Shown here piece by piece: positions 45,532 through 54,989 of a DNA stretch of 64,000 nt. Below the pieces are notes generated by a model. That model saw nothing but the letters and a program-made list of their open reading frames with translations, was not told the DNA's origin and ran no database searches. Both the position numbers and the translations under genes were made by a program. The first letter of the stretch is position 1, and each line of letters starts with the position of its first letter. Origin of the DNA: Candidatus Pelagadaptatus aseana (GTDB lineage Bacteria; Pseudomonadota; Gammaproteobacteria; Pseudomonadales; Cellvibrionaceae); the NCBI GenBank assembly GCA_040365065.1, contig BAABNI010000004.1, positions 80,854 through 144,853 of the forward strand, given 5' to 3'.

Positions 45532-47586
45532 ATGAATACTCAACACGCAGCAGCGTTAACATCAACTGAAACTCCTGTAACGCTGGGCAAGAAAGAACAA
45601 CTACAAATCGCGCAACTACTCAGCGACGCCATCAACCTGTATCAGGAAACCCGATCTGAAAAGTTGAGCGTATCGGAAGTAGCGGATCTGCAGGAACGCA
45701 GTATTGATTTAGCCGAAGAAGTATTCGCTCTCGACCCGACCAATATCGAAGCACTCAATGTTCTCGCCAGAGTCCGTCTGGACCAAAATCATCTGGTATT
45801 GGCGGAAACGATTGCTCAGGCCGCGCTTGCCATTGATAAAAACTCAGCCACATCCTGGTACAGCTATGGTCAGGTGCAACTTGCCATGGGTAATCTCAAC
45901 AACGCTGAGCAGGCATTTGTAAAATGCATCAGTCTTGATGCCACTTTCTTCAGGGCTCATACCTCCTATGCATTCACCAAACTGAATAAAGGCGAGATAG
46001 CCGCGGCTTTCCAGCACTACACCAAGCTGGCCAAAATCAAACCGGAAGATGATCACATCCGCTCCAAACTGTTTGAGTGCATGAAACAACTCAAAGCAGA
46101 TTACGACAACGAGCATTTAGGTAAAGCTCTGGTTGATTACCTGAACTGGAAAGACGTTAACTATCAGGACCTAAGTAATATCATCGAGTCTCTGTTAGTG
46201 CATCGCTACAAACTGGATTCCAGTGAAGCACAGGTGGACTTATCAAAGCTGTGTCAGGACAAACTTTACAACGAAGGTTTACGTAAACTCTTTTTCTGCA
46301 ACCCCAAAATTGAAGAGCTCAATCGTGATCTGCGTGGTTACTTCCTGACCCTCGATAATCAACTGGCTGGCCCGGACGAGATTCACTTGATGTCTTCTCT
46401 GGTTTATCAGCTCTATAACAATGAATACGTACTGAGTTATACCGAGAGTGAAGCAGCCCAACTGGAGATCATTTGCCAACAATTAAGCAAAGCCGATCTG
46501 GACAGCCTGCAACAGCAGCAGACAAATCTGCTGAAGGCCCTGCTCTACCGACCACTGAAGAGCACCTTGTCGCGGATGCAAATCATAGAACTGCTGTCAC
46601 GTAGGGATAAATGTTGGCAACCAGAAATATTCCAGCTAATCACCTGGCTCGACAAACAGGAAGACGGGGAGTCAACTGCAGGTATTCTGGTTCATGAAGA
46701 CATCACCAACCAGACGTCCAAAGCGGTAAAAGCCCAGTATGAAATCAACCCCTACCCTCGCTGGTTGAGCCTGGATTTTCTGACGCCCACCACTTACGGT
46801 GTGGCACTGGAAAAAGCTTTGCCTTTGCATAAGGCGGACAAACACTTTTTCTCCGATTCGCTGGATATCCTGATCGCTGGATGCGGCACAGGCCGCCACG
46901 CCATTCAGGTAGCCCGCTACTTCCGTGGCGTTAATGTCACCGCCATCGATGTCAGCATGCACAGTTTGTCCTATGCCAACACCATGGCAAAAAAATACAA
47001 GCTGGATAATATCGAGTTTATTCAGGCGGACATTCTCAATCTCGGCAACTTTGATAAGCGTTTCGATATCATCGAATGTTCCGGTGTATTACACCATATG
47101 GCGGACCCTCTCGAAGGCGCTCAAATATTAAAGAACCTGCTCAAGACACACGGCCTGTTAAAGGTTGGCCTGTACAGTGAGCGGGCACGCTCCGAAGTGG
47201 TTGGCTGCCGTAATTTGATCAGTGAGCTCTATCCGGAAACCAACAGCCGGGTCATCAGAGACTTTCGACGGGAGGTACTAAAGAATGCCAACGGCTTTCC
47301 GCAAATTGTACAATCAGCCGACTTCTACAGCATGAGCGGTTGTCGAGACCTGTTGTTCCATGTTCAGGAACACCGCTTTACCCCAACCTCGTTAAAGCAA
47401 CTTATTGATAATCTGGGGATGGAATTCCTTGGCTTTGTTCAGGTGCAGAGTGACTACCTGAAGGCCTACGATGAGCGCTTCCCTCTCGATCAGGCCCGTA
47501 CCGATTTGGCCAACTGGGAGCAGCTTGAGGATGATATTCCGCAAATTTTCTCTGCCATGTATCAGTTTTACTTGAAAAACCAATAA
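45532..47586 (+). CDS. TPR repeat protein fused to a class I SAM-dependent methyltransferase (paralog B)
   Basis: 684 aa. Clear TPR units (SWYSYGQVQLAMGNLNNAEQAFVKCISLDATFFRAHTSYAFTKLNKGEIAAAFQHYTKLAKIKP). Then INPYPRW, ILIAGCGTGRH, VTAIDVS and FDIIECSGVLHHM. Confidence 0.8.
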   Translation: MNTQHAAALTSTETPVTLGKKEQLQIAQLLSDAINLYQETRSEKLSVSEVADLQERSIDLAEEVFALDPTNIEALNVLARVRLDQNHLVLAETIAQAALAIDKNSATSWYSYGQVQLAMGNLNNAEQAFVKCISLDATFFRAHTSYAFTKLNKGEIAAAFQHYTKLAKIKPEDDHIRSKLFECMKQLKADYDNEHLGKALVDYLNWKDVNYQDLSNIIESLLVHRYKLDSSEAQVDLSKLCQDKLYNEGLRKLFFCNPKIEELNRDLRGYFLTLDNQLAGPDEIHLMSSLVYQLYNNEYVLSYTESEAAQLEIICQQLSKADLDSLQQQQTNLLKALLYRPLKSTLSRMQIIELLSRRDKCWQPEIFQLITWLDKQEDGESTAGILVHEDITNQTSKAVKAQYEINPYPRWLSLDFLTPTTYGVALEKALPLHKADKHFFSDSLDILIAGCGTGRHAIQVARYFRGVNVTAIDVSMHSLSYANTMAKKYKLDNIEFIQADILNLGNFDKRFDIIECSGVLHHMADPLEGAQILKNLLKTHGLLKVGLYSERARSEVVGCRNLISELYPETNSRVIRDFRREVLKNANGFPQIVQSADFYSMSGCRDLLFHVQEHRFTPTSLKQLIDNLGMEFLGFVQVQSDYLKAYDERFPLDQARTDLANWEQLEDDIPQIFSAMYQFYLKNQ

Positions 47587-47676
47587 GAGTGGAACTATAT
47601 TTCAATCGATTTGTCATAAAAGGGACACACAAATCGAGTAATGTCGATAAGGATAGTTAAGAAAGAGGTAAAGAAA

Positions 47677-47763
47677 ATGGAAGATTATTTAGAAGATCTG
47701 TTAGAAGAGAGTGAAGTAGACTTTGACGATGAATCTTACGTAGATGATTATTCGGAAGTCTGA
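47677..47763 (+). CDS. Candidate 28-aa highly acidic micro-protein
   Basis: ATG preceded by AAGAAAGAGGTAAAGAAA (a strong SD). Translation is MEDYLEDLLEESEVDFDDESYVDDYSEV, with 14 Asp/Glu and no Lys/Arg. A strong terminator follows 19 nt downstream. It is below the ORF-track size cutoff. Confidence 0.35.
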   Translation: MEDYLEDLLEESEVDFDDESYVDDYSEV

Positions 47764-47781
47764 GTAAACTCAGGAAGAAAC

Positions 47782-47808
47782 AAAGCCGGGAAACAGTCCC
47801 GGCTTTTT
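47782..47808 (+). terminator. Rho-independent terminator
   Basis: AAAGCCGGGA-AACAG-TCCCGGCTTTTT. Confidence 0.8.
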
Positions 47809-47835
47809 ATTGTCTTCAATTTGTGTACCTGGAGA

Positions 47836-47931
47836 GAGATCCTTCACATTCGTTTATTGTCATCCAGACCCAACATCCGTCCACGCCACAAAAAATATCA
47901 TTCTGACGACCGAAGGAAGGATGAATCTCTC
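47836..47931. repeat. REP-like element pair directly 3' of flgL
   Basis: GAGATCCTTCACATTCGTTTATTGTCA (47836-47862, degenerate) and TATCATTCTGACGACCGAAGGAAGGATGAATCTCTC (47896-47931). Confidence 0.6.
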
Positions 47932-47933
47932 AC

Positions 47934-49184
47934 TTACAGGCTATTAAACAACGACAACCCACTGATCCGGGCATAGCTTTGCTGTGCCGCTTCCAGCACA
48001 AAACTTTCAAAAGTCAGCTGACTGACCGCCTCGGCATAATCCAGATCACGCAACGTTGACAACAGTTCCGTGGTGACAATTTCCACTTCTTCATGAAGTG
48101 CCTGAGTCGAATCAATGGTATTGAGGCGTGCACCAATTTGAGAGCGCGTTTCCAATATCGACGTTTGAGCATGATCAAGATTGGCAATGGTGGTGCTGAT
48201 CAGGTTTTGATAGCTCTCCTGATCATCAGGTGACAGAGTCAGACTGCGCATGCCATCAAGAAAACGGTTAACCGTTGTCAGAATATCCTGAGTATCTTTG
48301 GACTCCACAAGATAGCTGTCTCCCGTAGCCGGGACACCAGACAATTTGATGCTGATACCATTAAACTGAATGTCACGACCGCTGGTGTAAGGGACATTGG
48401 ATTCTATTACGCGACCATCTGACTTCTGAATAATGTTGTAATTCAGCGACGGCGATTTGCCGAGCAGGGTCATATCATCCGGGTTTTGAAACTCGATAAT
48501 ATAATCTTCCGGATAAAACTGATTGAATTCTTCCTGGTCGTAAACGAATCCCGTAGAAATAGTCGCTGGTGGATTGCCTCGATTATTGGGATTATCAAAG
48601 GCCTGAAACGTTGGATCCGCACTGGAAACATTGACGAACACTTCCTTACCCGAATCGTTACTTGGAATGTATGTACTCGCAGCAACCTGTACAAATCGTT
48701 GTCCTTCATCACCCTGATAAGTGTAGTTGCCACTGCCGTTATCCAGAAAAGGAACCGTACTGCCCTTGAAACCGGAAAACAAATATTCGTTACTGGCATC
48801 TTTGGTATTCATCAAATCCGCCAGTTCAGTCATCCGGACTTCCACTTCAGCGGCAATAGCCCGACGATCATCGACGGTCAATGCACCATTATTCGCCTGA
48901 ATCGCCAGTTCGCGAATCCGGATAATGGTATCATTAGCACTGTCGAGGACACTTTCTTCCAGTTCCAACCGGCTATTGAGCAGGTTGATGTTGTCCATAT
49001 ATTGTTCACGAATATTGTTTTCCTGATTCAGTTTTTGAATCTGGCTGGATGCCACCGGATCATCCGAAGGCGTCAATATTCGGGTACCTCTGGAAATTTG
49101 TTCCTGGGTTTTATTAACCTGACCAGACAAGTCAATAATCTGCGAGGTACCAGTTACAAATGATTGCAAGGATGAAATACGCAT
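47934..49184 (-). CDS. flgL: Flagellar hook-associated protein 3, FlgL (normal-range size, 416 aa)
   Basis: N-terminus MRISSLQSF...ISRGTRILTPSDDPVASSQI. C-terminus DYAEAVSQLTFESFVLEAAQQSYARISGLSLFN. Immediately downstream of flgK. Confidence 0.9.
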   Translation of the reverse strand: MRISSLQSFVTGTSQIIDLSGQVNKTQEQISRGTRILTPSDDPVASSQIQKLNQENNIREQYMDNINLLNSRLELEESVLDSANDTIIRIRELAIQANNGALTVDDRRAIAAEVEVRMTELADLMNTKDASNEYLFSGFKGSTVPFLDNGSGNYTYQGDEGQRFVQVAASTYIPSNDSGKEVFVNVSSADPTFQAFDNPNNRGNPPATISTGFVYDQEEFNQFYPEDYIIEFQNPDDMTLLGKSPSLNYNIIQKSDGRVIESNVPYTSGRDIQFNGISIKLSGVPATGDSYLVESKDTQDILTTVNRFLDGMRSLTLSPDDQESYQNLISTTIANLDHAQTSILETRSQIGARLNTIDSTQALHEEVEIVTTELLSTLRDLDYAEAVSQLTFESFVLEAAQQSYARISGLSLFNSL

Positions 49185-49196
49185 AAAAATTTCTCC

Positions 49197-52100
49197 TTAG
49201 AATGCCGCCAACAGAGTATCGAACAGATCTCTGGCAACACTGATAATTCTTGATGAGGCGTTATACGCCAGCTCATAGCGAATCAAATTGGCCGCTTCTT
49301 CATCGAGGTTGACCCCGGCAATGGAATTTCTTAATGCATTGGACTGCTCGAGAATTTCACCCGCCGCTTCACGATTGATATTGGATTCCGCGGTAATGGT
49401 GCCAACAAATTCAACCAGATTACTGTAGGACTCCTGAAACGATGCATTACCCCCAATTAACTGCATCGATTCCACTTCAACAAACTTCAATGCATTGCGG
49501 TTATCACTGACACCATCTTCATTAAAATTGACAAAGAACTCATCCCCCACATCCGGATTACCACTGATATCAAAGGTGTAACCAAGATAATTGGAAACCG
49601 CCTCTGTTCCGGGGCGAAAAACATTGCCGGCATCGATGGCATCGGTGGTCATGGAAAAGTTTTCTTCCAGTGTCACATTGACTTCACCGGATATGGTTAC
49701 ACCATTGACCATGCCGAAATCTTCACCGCGAACCACACCTTGCAGCTCAGCCACCTGCATACCCAGTGGATCACTGCCCTGAATATTGTTTACCTGAATT
49801 TGGGCCCGTTCCATATTGACAGCATCGGGCCCGGTAATGGCAAAGCTGCCATTACCCAATCTAACCTGGCTGCCCAGCCCGCTATTGGAATCGGTAATCA
49901 ACAGAGACGAGCCTGACACCTCAACACTGACATCAGAGCCCGTGGCGCCATCGATTGCCGCTGCAAAACCAATCAGGTTGCTATAGGTTCCTGCCGGGAT
50001 CTGATAAGTGGTAAACGTAGTTCCGCCATCAACCGAAATTTCAAAACTGTCATTAACTCCGGTAACGACAGTCAAGGGCGCAGGATTACCATAGGCATCT
50101 TCAAAGTTACCAATATGATCAACATTGAAAGAACTGGTTGTAGCGGTGCCCGATGTTGCCGGCGGAAATGGTACAGAAGTAACCGGGCCAGAACTGCCCA
50201 TATTGGTATTGGCCGCAAGCGGTGTCGTACTGTCGGTAGTAATCAGTACGGATCCCAACGGATTTGACGAGGCAATGATAATTTGCCCACCATCTTCAAA
50301 AGCTGTAACGCCTGACCCAGCCGGTGACGCCGCAAAGCTGGCATTCAACAGGGATACCAGCTCAGCGGTATTGGTTGGTGGATTACCTGGGCCATTAACG
50401 TATCCCGGTGCATCAAAATCCAGTGGCAAAGGTAAGGTGCCGACACCATCTACATTGAGACCAATATTTTCATCATCGGCAATACCCAACCCGATAAAAC
50501 CAGCCGGATCGGTAATCACCGCGGTGCGCCCCAGATGAGTCACCAAATCATCCTGAGGATTGGCCTGAATGGGGTTGACAGCCCCCGGTCCAAATATCAG
50601 TGCTTCACCCAGATTGTCGGCCGTTACCAGCACACTGCGTCCATCATCACTGACGGTGGCAGTCGCATCGTAGGCAACCAGCGCAGTATTCAGTGCCGCG
50701 GCAAATAACGTTGGCGAGGCATAGCTGCCACTGGGAACGGTAATATCGGCGATTGGAGAAGCGTTAACACTGATGGCAAACGTGTTGGCACCCGGCGCAA
50801 CAACCAAAGGCAGCGCCCCATCAAATTCAAAGTCCACCTCGGCCTGATCAAATGACAGCGGACTGGGCGCCGTACCATCAGTGAAGCTGTAATTATTGGA
50901 AATACTCAAGCCGCCGGTACTGGAATCAGCCAAATAGGTGTAGTTGGTAATCTCCAACCGGCCCTCAGAGGAGACACTGGCAATGACTTTATCGGCACCA
51001 TAAAAGGCATCCAACTGACTTTGCACCACATCCACAATGTCCTGAGGATCGGTGTAGACACCACTGAGGTTAATGGTCACCGGATTATTGGCACCAAAAA
51101 CTCCGTCATTCAAATCAACGTCGAAGCTGTGAGGGCCGCCGACTGAAAAGTCAGCACCATTGGCAATATTGACACCGGCTGTAACCGAAGGAAATTGATA
51201 AGCGCCGTCAAGCCTCACAATATCACTGGGCTGAACCACACCTTGCAATGCGGCCGCTGACAACCCGAGGGGATCGCTACCGACCAGATTACCAATCTGC
51301 ATTTTTGCCAAGGGGCCATTATCATTATTGACAAACTGCAAGGTGCCATCATCGCGGAATTCAACACTCACTTTACCCGGCACATCAAAAGCGATATCGA
51401 TTTGATTTTCCAGATAACTGATCAATTCTTCCGGTGTTTGAAAAATTCCGGACAGCTCTATTGTCTTGGGGTTACTTAAACCATTTGGTCCATCAAATAA
51501 ATCGATATCAAAACTGCTGAAACCACCGGCACTGAGATCCACGCCACCGGTAACCACTCCCGTGGTCAGAAGGGTCGGTTTCTGATCGCCTTTTATTTCA
51601 ACAAAATCACCTTCCGCTCCCTGCATCTCAAACTTCAGATCCGCACCGGTAGACGCTTTGATTGTAATGCTGTCACCATTACTGACCGCAGTAATATTCT
51701 GCTGCTGAAGAGCCCCGCTGAAATTGATGGCATCGGCAATCATGTCGTTGGTAACCGGGGTTGGCACAGCACTTGGCGAAAACAGCAGTCCCAGCTCATT
51801 GCGCAAATTGACGCCATTCAGCAGTAAATTAAAATCCTGTAATTGGCCCGGTCCATTGTCGGATACCCTGATCTGGGTTTCCGTAGAAGCAATGGCCGTG
51901 ACGCCATCTCGCGACGATAACTGAAAGGCTATTTCTTCAGCAGAATCGCCGGCATTAACCACCACATTGGGCTGATCAACCCTAACGCCAGTAACAGGGT
52001 CGGTATAGGTGACGGTTATTTCTTCCGCTAAATAGGTATTGGGGATGCTGATCCCGGCTGTTCCGAACACCACCTCGGATTGGCTGGGAATACGATTGGC

Positions 52101-53762
52101 ATTAAAGCCATCGCTCACCATCACCGTCTGACCGGGTTCCGTTGGAAATATCTGATTGGTTTGCCCCGGAATAAAGGTTTGCCCCTCAAAAGGAGGCGTC
52201 AAACTTTTGGGGTTGTTGGGATCACTGACATCCAGCACATCATAGGTTGTTGGTGAAGTAAACTTCACCATAACCGGTGGATTCAGAGCACCATCAACCG
52301 AAAAAGCAGGTAAACGCTCTCCCGTTAAAGGGTCAATGGTTTGCAGCACATCACCTTGAGAAATCTTGCCGGTCCCGGTATTGGCCAGGTTGTTGACTGT
52401 GGATACCGGTGAAGCAAATGCCAGCACTTCAGGGGACGTTGCCACCACATCAACATTTTGTGAGGCAAAACGGGTGGGCATTATGCGGTAGCGATCACCG
52501 TCCTGAAACGAACCCTGTTCCAGAGTGATGGAAAACCCTTCGTACTCGATACTGGTAGGTCTTTGCGCCGACAGACCGCCAGATTGAACCAGCTCACCGT
52601 CGGAGTTCCTGACCAGCTCGTAACCGTCGGGACCGGAGCCGGTCAAACTGAGTGTATAATCGCTGTTGCCCAAGGCCGTCGCATCGGTAATCGCCACACT
52701 GACAACCCGATCCGGCGGATTGGCATTCAGACTGCTTGGGACGGCGCGATCCAATGTCGCCTGTCTTAAATTGATATCATCAAACAACGGCACACCGTAG
52801 TTGCCATTCAGATCCAACCCCACCGATTGTTGATAATTCATGGCTTCGGTAAAGGTCAAAGCGATTCGACCCAGTTCATTAAAGGATCGATCGAGCACTT
52901 CATTACGGTAGTTCAGCAGCCCACCAAGACGACCACCAGTTATGCTGTCTGTGACAATTTGACTGGAGCCATCATTCACAAACACCAGATCATAGCGGGT
53001 CGGATCGGTTTCACCATTCACCGCCTGCATTTCACTGGCGACCTGACCCACAACCAGTGGCTGGCCATTACCGATAAAGACATTCACCGCCCCATCGGCT
53101 TGCTCAAAGGTGGTTACTGATACCAACTCGGACAGCTGGCGCAAAGTTTCATCACGTTCATCCAGCAAATCATTGGGAGGATTACCCGCCCCCTGAGAAG
53201 TGGCATTGACAATCGCCTTATTCAGACCAGCCAGACCATTGGCCAGCGAGGTAACCATACTGGCGGTGGCTTTTAGCTCCTGATTAACAATATCATTGGT
53301 TTCATCAAAGCGACCGTACAAACTGGAAAAGCGCTGTGCCAAAACCTCGGACTGCGCCAACACCAACTGCCTGACGGGGATGGACGTCGGATCGTCCGTT
53401 GCGGCTTGCAAAGAACCAAAAAAGTTACTCAAACCATCCGATAAACCAATGGCTTCGTTGGACAACAGGTTATCGATTTCACCCACCTTTTGGGCAAATG
53501 CATCTAACTCGTTAAACGCGGTGGAATCAAGGCGTATTTGTGACGTGAGAAATTCATTGGCAATGCGTTCAATGGACTGAACATTAACCCCGGTGCCCAC
53601 ATAACCAGAACCGGAATAAATGGCCGGATTGGTACCCACATCAACACGCTGACGTGAATAACCTTCCTGATTGGCATTAGTGATGTTATGGCCGGTGGTA
53701 CTGATTTGCGCTTGGCTGGTTTTTAAACCGGATACCGCAATACCTAATAAGTCCGCACCCAT
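49197..53762 (-). CDS. flgK: Flagellar hook-associated protein 1, FlgK, giant (1521 aa)
   Basis: N-terminus MGADLLGIAVSGLKTSQAQISTTGHNITNANQEGYSRQRV. C-terminus GVNLDEEAANLIRYELAYNASSRIISVARDLFDTLL. Both are canonical FlgK ends. About 900 extra residues of repeat modules lie between ~440 and ~1345. Confidence 0.95.
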   Translation of the reverse strand: MGADLLGIAVSGLKTSQAQISTTGHNITNANQEGYSRQRVDVGTNPAIYSGSGYVGTGVNVQSIERIANEFLTSQIRLDSTAFNELDAFAQKVGEIDNLLSNEAIGLSDGLSNFFGSLQAATDDPTSIPVRQLVLAQSEVLAQRFSSLYGRFDETNDIVNQELKATASMVTSLANGLAGLNKAIVNATSQGAGNPPNDLLDERDETLRQLSELVSVTTFEQADGAVNVFIGNGQPLVVGQVASEMQAVNGETDPTRYDLVFVNDGSSQIVTDSITGGRLGGLLNYRNEVLDRSFNELGRIALTFTEAMNYQQSVGLDLNGNYGVPLFDDINLRQATLDRAVPSSLNANPPDRVVSVAITDATALGNSDYTLSLTGSGPDGYELVRNSDGELVQSGGLSAQRPTSIEYEGFSITLEQGSFQDGDRYRIMPTRFASQNVDVVATSPEVLAFASPVSTVNNLANTGTGKISQGDVLQTIDPLTGERLPAFSVDGALNPPVMVKFTSPTTYDVLDVSDPNNPKSLTPPFEGQTFIPGQTNQIFPTEPGQTVMVSDGFNANRIPSQSEVVFGTAGISIPNTYLAEEITVTYTDPVTGVRVDQPNVVVNAGDSAEEIAFQLSSRDGVTAIASTETQIRVSDNGPGQLQDFNLLLNGVNLRNELGLLFSPSAVPTPVTNDMIADAINFSGALQQQNITAVSNGDSITIKASTGADLKFEMQGAEGDFVEIKGDQKPTLLTTGVVTGGVDLSAGGFSSFDIDLFDGPNGLSNPKTIELSGIFQTPEELISYLENQIDIAFDVPGKVSVEFRDDGTLQFVNNDNGPLAKMQIGNLVGSDPLGLSAAALQGVVQPSDIVRLDGAYQFPSVTAGVNIANGADFSVGGPHSFDVDLNDGVFGANNPVTINLSGVYTDPQDIVDVVQSQLDAFYGADKVIASVSSEGRLEITNYTYLADSSTGGLSISNNYSFTDGTAPSPLSFDQAEVDFEFDGALPLVVAPGANTFAISVNASPIADITVPSGSYASPTLFAAALNTALVAYDATATVSDDGRSVLVTADNLGEALIFGPGAVNPIQANPQDDLVTHLGRTAVITDPAGFIGLGIADDENIGLNVDGVGTLPLPLDFDAPGYVNGPGNPPTNTAELVSLLNASFAASPAGSGVTAFEDGGQIIIASSNPLGSVLITTDSTTPLAANTNMGSSGPVTSVPFPPATSGTATTSSFNVDHIGNFEDAYGNPAPLTVVTGVNDSFEISVDGGTTFTTYQIPAGTYSNLIGFAAAIDGATGSDVSVEVSGSSLLITDSNSGLGSQVRLGNGSFAITGPDAVNMERAQIQVNNIQGSDPLGMQVAELQGVVRGEDFGMVNGVTISGEVNVTLEENFSMTTDAIDAGNVFRPGTEAVSNYLGYTFDISGNPDVGDEFFVNFNEDGVSDNRNALKFVEVESMQLIGGNASFQESYSNLVEFVGTITAESNINREAAGEILEQSNALRNSIAGVNLDEEAANLIRYELAYNASSRIISVARDLFDTLLAAF

Positions 53763-53832
53763 GGGGGTTTCTCTCTTTGCAAAGTTTTTGCTGCGTCAAA
53801 TAAACAGCGAAATCATTTCTTCAAATGAAAAT

Positions 53833-53848
53833 TGCAAAAAGTGCGCCA
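53833..53848 (-). promoter_or_regulatory. Sigma-54 promoter for flgKL
   Basis: The minus strand reads TGGCGCACTTTTTGCA (TGGCAC-N5-TTGCA type). It lies ~70 nt upstream of the flgK ATG. Confidence 0.7.
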
Positions 53849-53864
53849 AGAATAATTATAGGTT

Positions 53865-53958
53865 TATCATTCTGATGACTTTCTAAATACTATCATTCTG
53901 ATGACCGAAGGGAAGAAGAATCTCCAAAAGATCCTTCACATACGTTCAGGATGACATG
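53865..53958. repeat. REP-like element cluster between flgJ and the flgK promoter
   Basis: TATCATTCTGATGAC (partial, 53865-53879), TATCATTCTGATGACCGAAGGGAAGAAGAATCTCC (53891-53925) and AAGATCCTTCACATACGTTCAGGATGACATG (53928-53958). Confidence 0.7.
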
Positions 53959-53967
53959 CAGGAATTA

Positions 53968-54915
53968 TCACAAACTCGCTAAATTGACAGTTTTGCCATG
54001 AAAGATATTGGTAATCTTTTTAGCGTAAGCCGGGTCTGTGGCATAACCGGCATCTTGCAGCCCCTGAATGTACTCTAAGGGTTCGGATGCCTTTTGCAAC
54101 GCATCTTTATATCTTGGATTAGACTGCAGAAAATCAACGTAATCGGCAAAACTTTGCCCGTAAGATTCATAGCGGCGAAATGCTGCCACCTCAGGTTTGG
54201 GCAAACCATTGCGATATTCCAAGGTACGCACCTGAACACTGTCGCCATCCCATCGACTGTCAGCCTTGATGTTAAACAGGTTAAAACTGTTTTCACCACG
54301 GGTATTGTGGATCACATGCTTGCCCCAGCCGGTTTCCAGAGCCGCCTGAGCCACCAGAATCTTGGGATTAACACCGAGTTCCTCTGCGGCTTTTTTAGCG
54401 TGGGGCATGACCGCCTTAACAAACTCTTCCGGTGTCTCAGCCAGAGGGGCTTTGATTCCAACCGAGGTAACCTCTTGCAAATACTTCTTGGCTTTAAATG
54501 GTTCGTCAAGCTGCCCCAGCTCACCATTATTTTTCGCCTGATCAGCAGAACCGTAATTGCGTCTTAACTGGCGAACCAATGCATCAGCCAGTCCGACACC
54601 CTTGCCTTCGCTTAATGAAAGCGCCAATTGGTGATCGAGCATATCGCGATGAAAATTCATCTCGGAGCTATTGAAGATACTGTCTTTTTCAAAGACGGCA
54701 TTGGCCTGGCGCATACTCTTGAGCATGCTGTGCATTAAAATGGATTCGAACTGCTTGGCAATCTGTTCAAGGGCCGCATCTTTATCTTTGGCACCAAGAC
54801 GTCGAATTCCCTGCAGACTGTTGAGGTCCGTATAGTTGGATTGTGCCTGCTGCAGGGCCATACCTGCTTTTTGATCCATCATAATAATTCCAACGTCGGG
54901 AATGGCCTTTCGCAA
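53968..54915 (-). CDS. flgJ: Flagellar rod assembly protein / peptidoglycan hydrolase FlgJ
   Basis: Rod-binding N domain (AKQFESILMHSMLKSMRQA) plus a C-terminal glucosaminidase/muramidase domain (AALETGWGKH...NLFNIK...YATDPAYAKK). The probable start is ATG 54882 (MMDQKAG...). Confidence 0.9.
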   Translation of the reverse strand: MRKAIPDVGIIMMDQKAGMALQQAQSNYTDLNSLQGIRRLGAKDKDAALEQIAKQFESILMHSMLKSMRQANAVFEKDSIFNSSEMNFHRDMLDHQLALSLSEGKGVGLADALVRQLRRNYGSADQAKNNGELGQLDEPFKAKKYLQEVTSVGIKAPLAETPEEFVKAVMPHAKKAAEELGVNPKILVAQAALETGWGKHVIHNTRGENSFNLFNIKADSRWDGDSVQVRTLEYRNGLPKPEVAAFRRYESYGQSFADYVDFLQSNPRYKDALQKASEPLEYIQGLQDAGYATDPAYAKKITNIFHGKTVNLASL

Positions 54916-54989
54916 ACCCTGGGCAGACTCCGCCTCTGTATTCGAAGCCTGGCCAGGGGTGCGAAAAACGTTGTTAAACTACTGAATTG

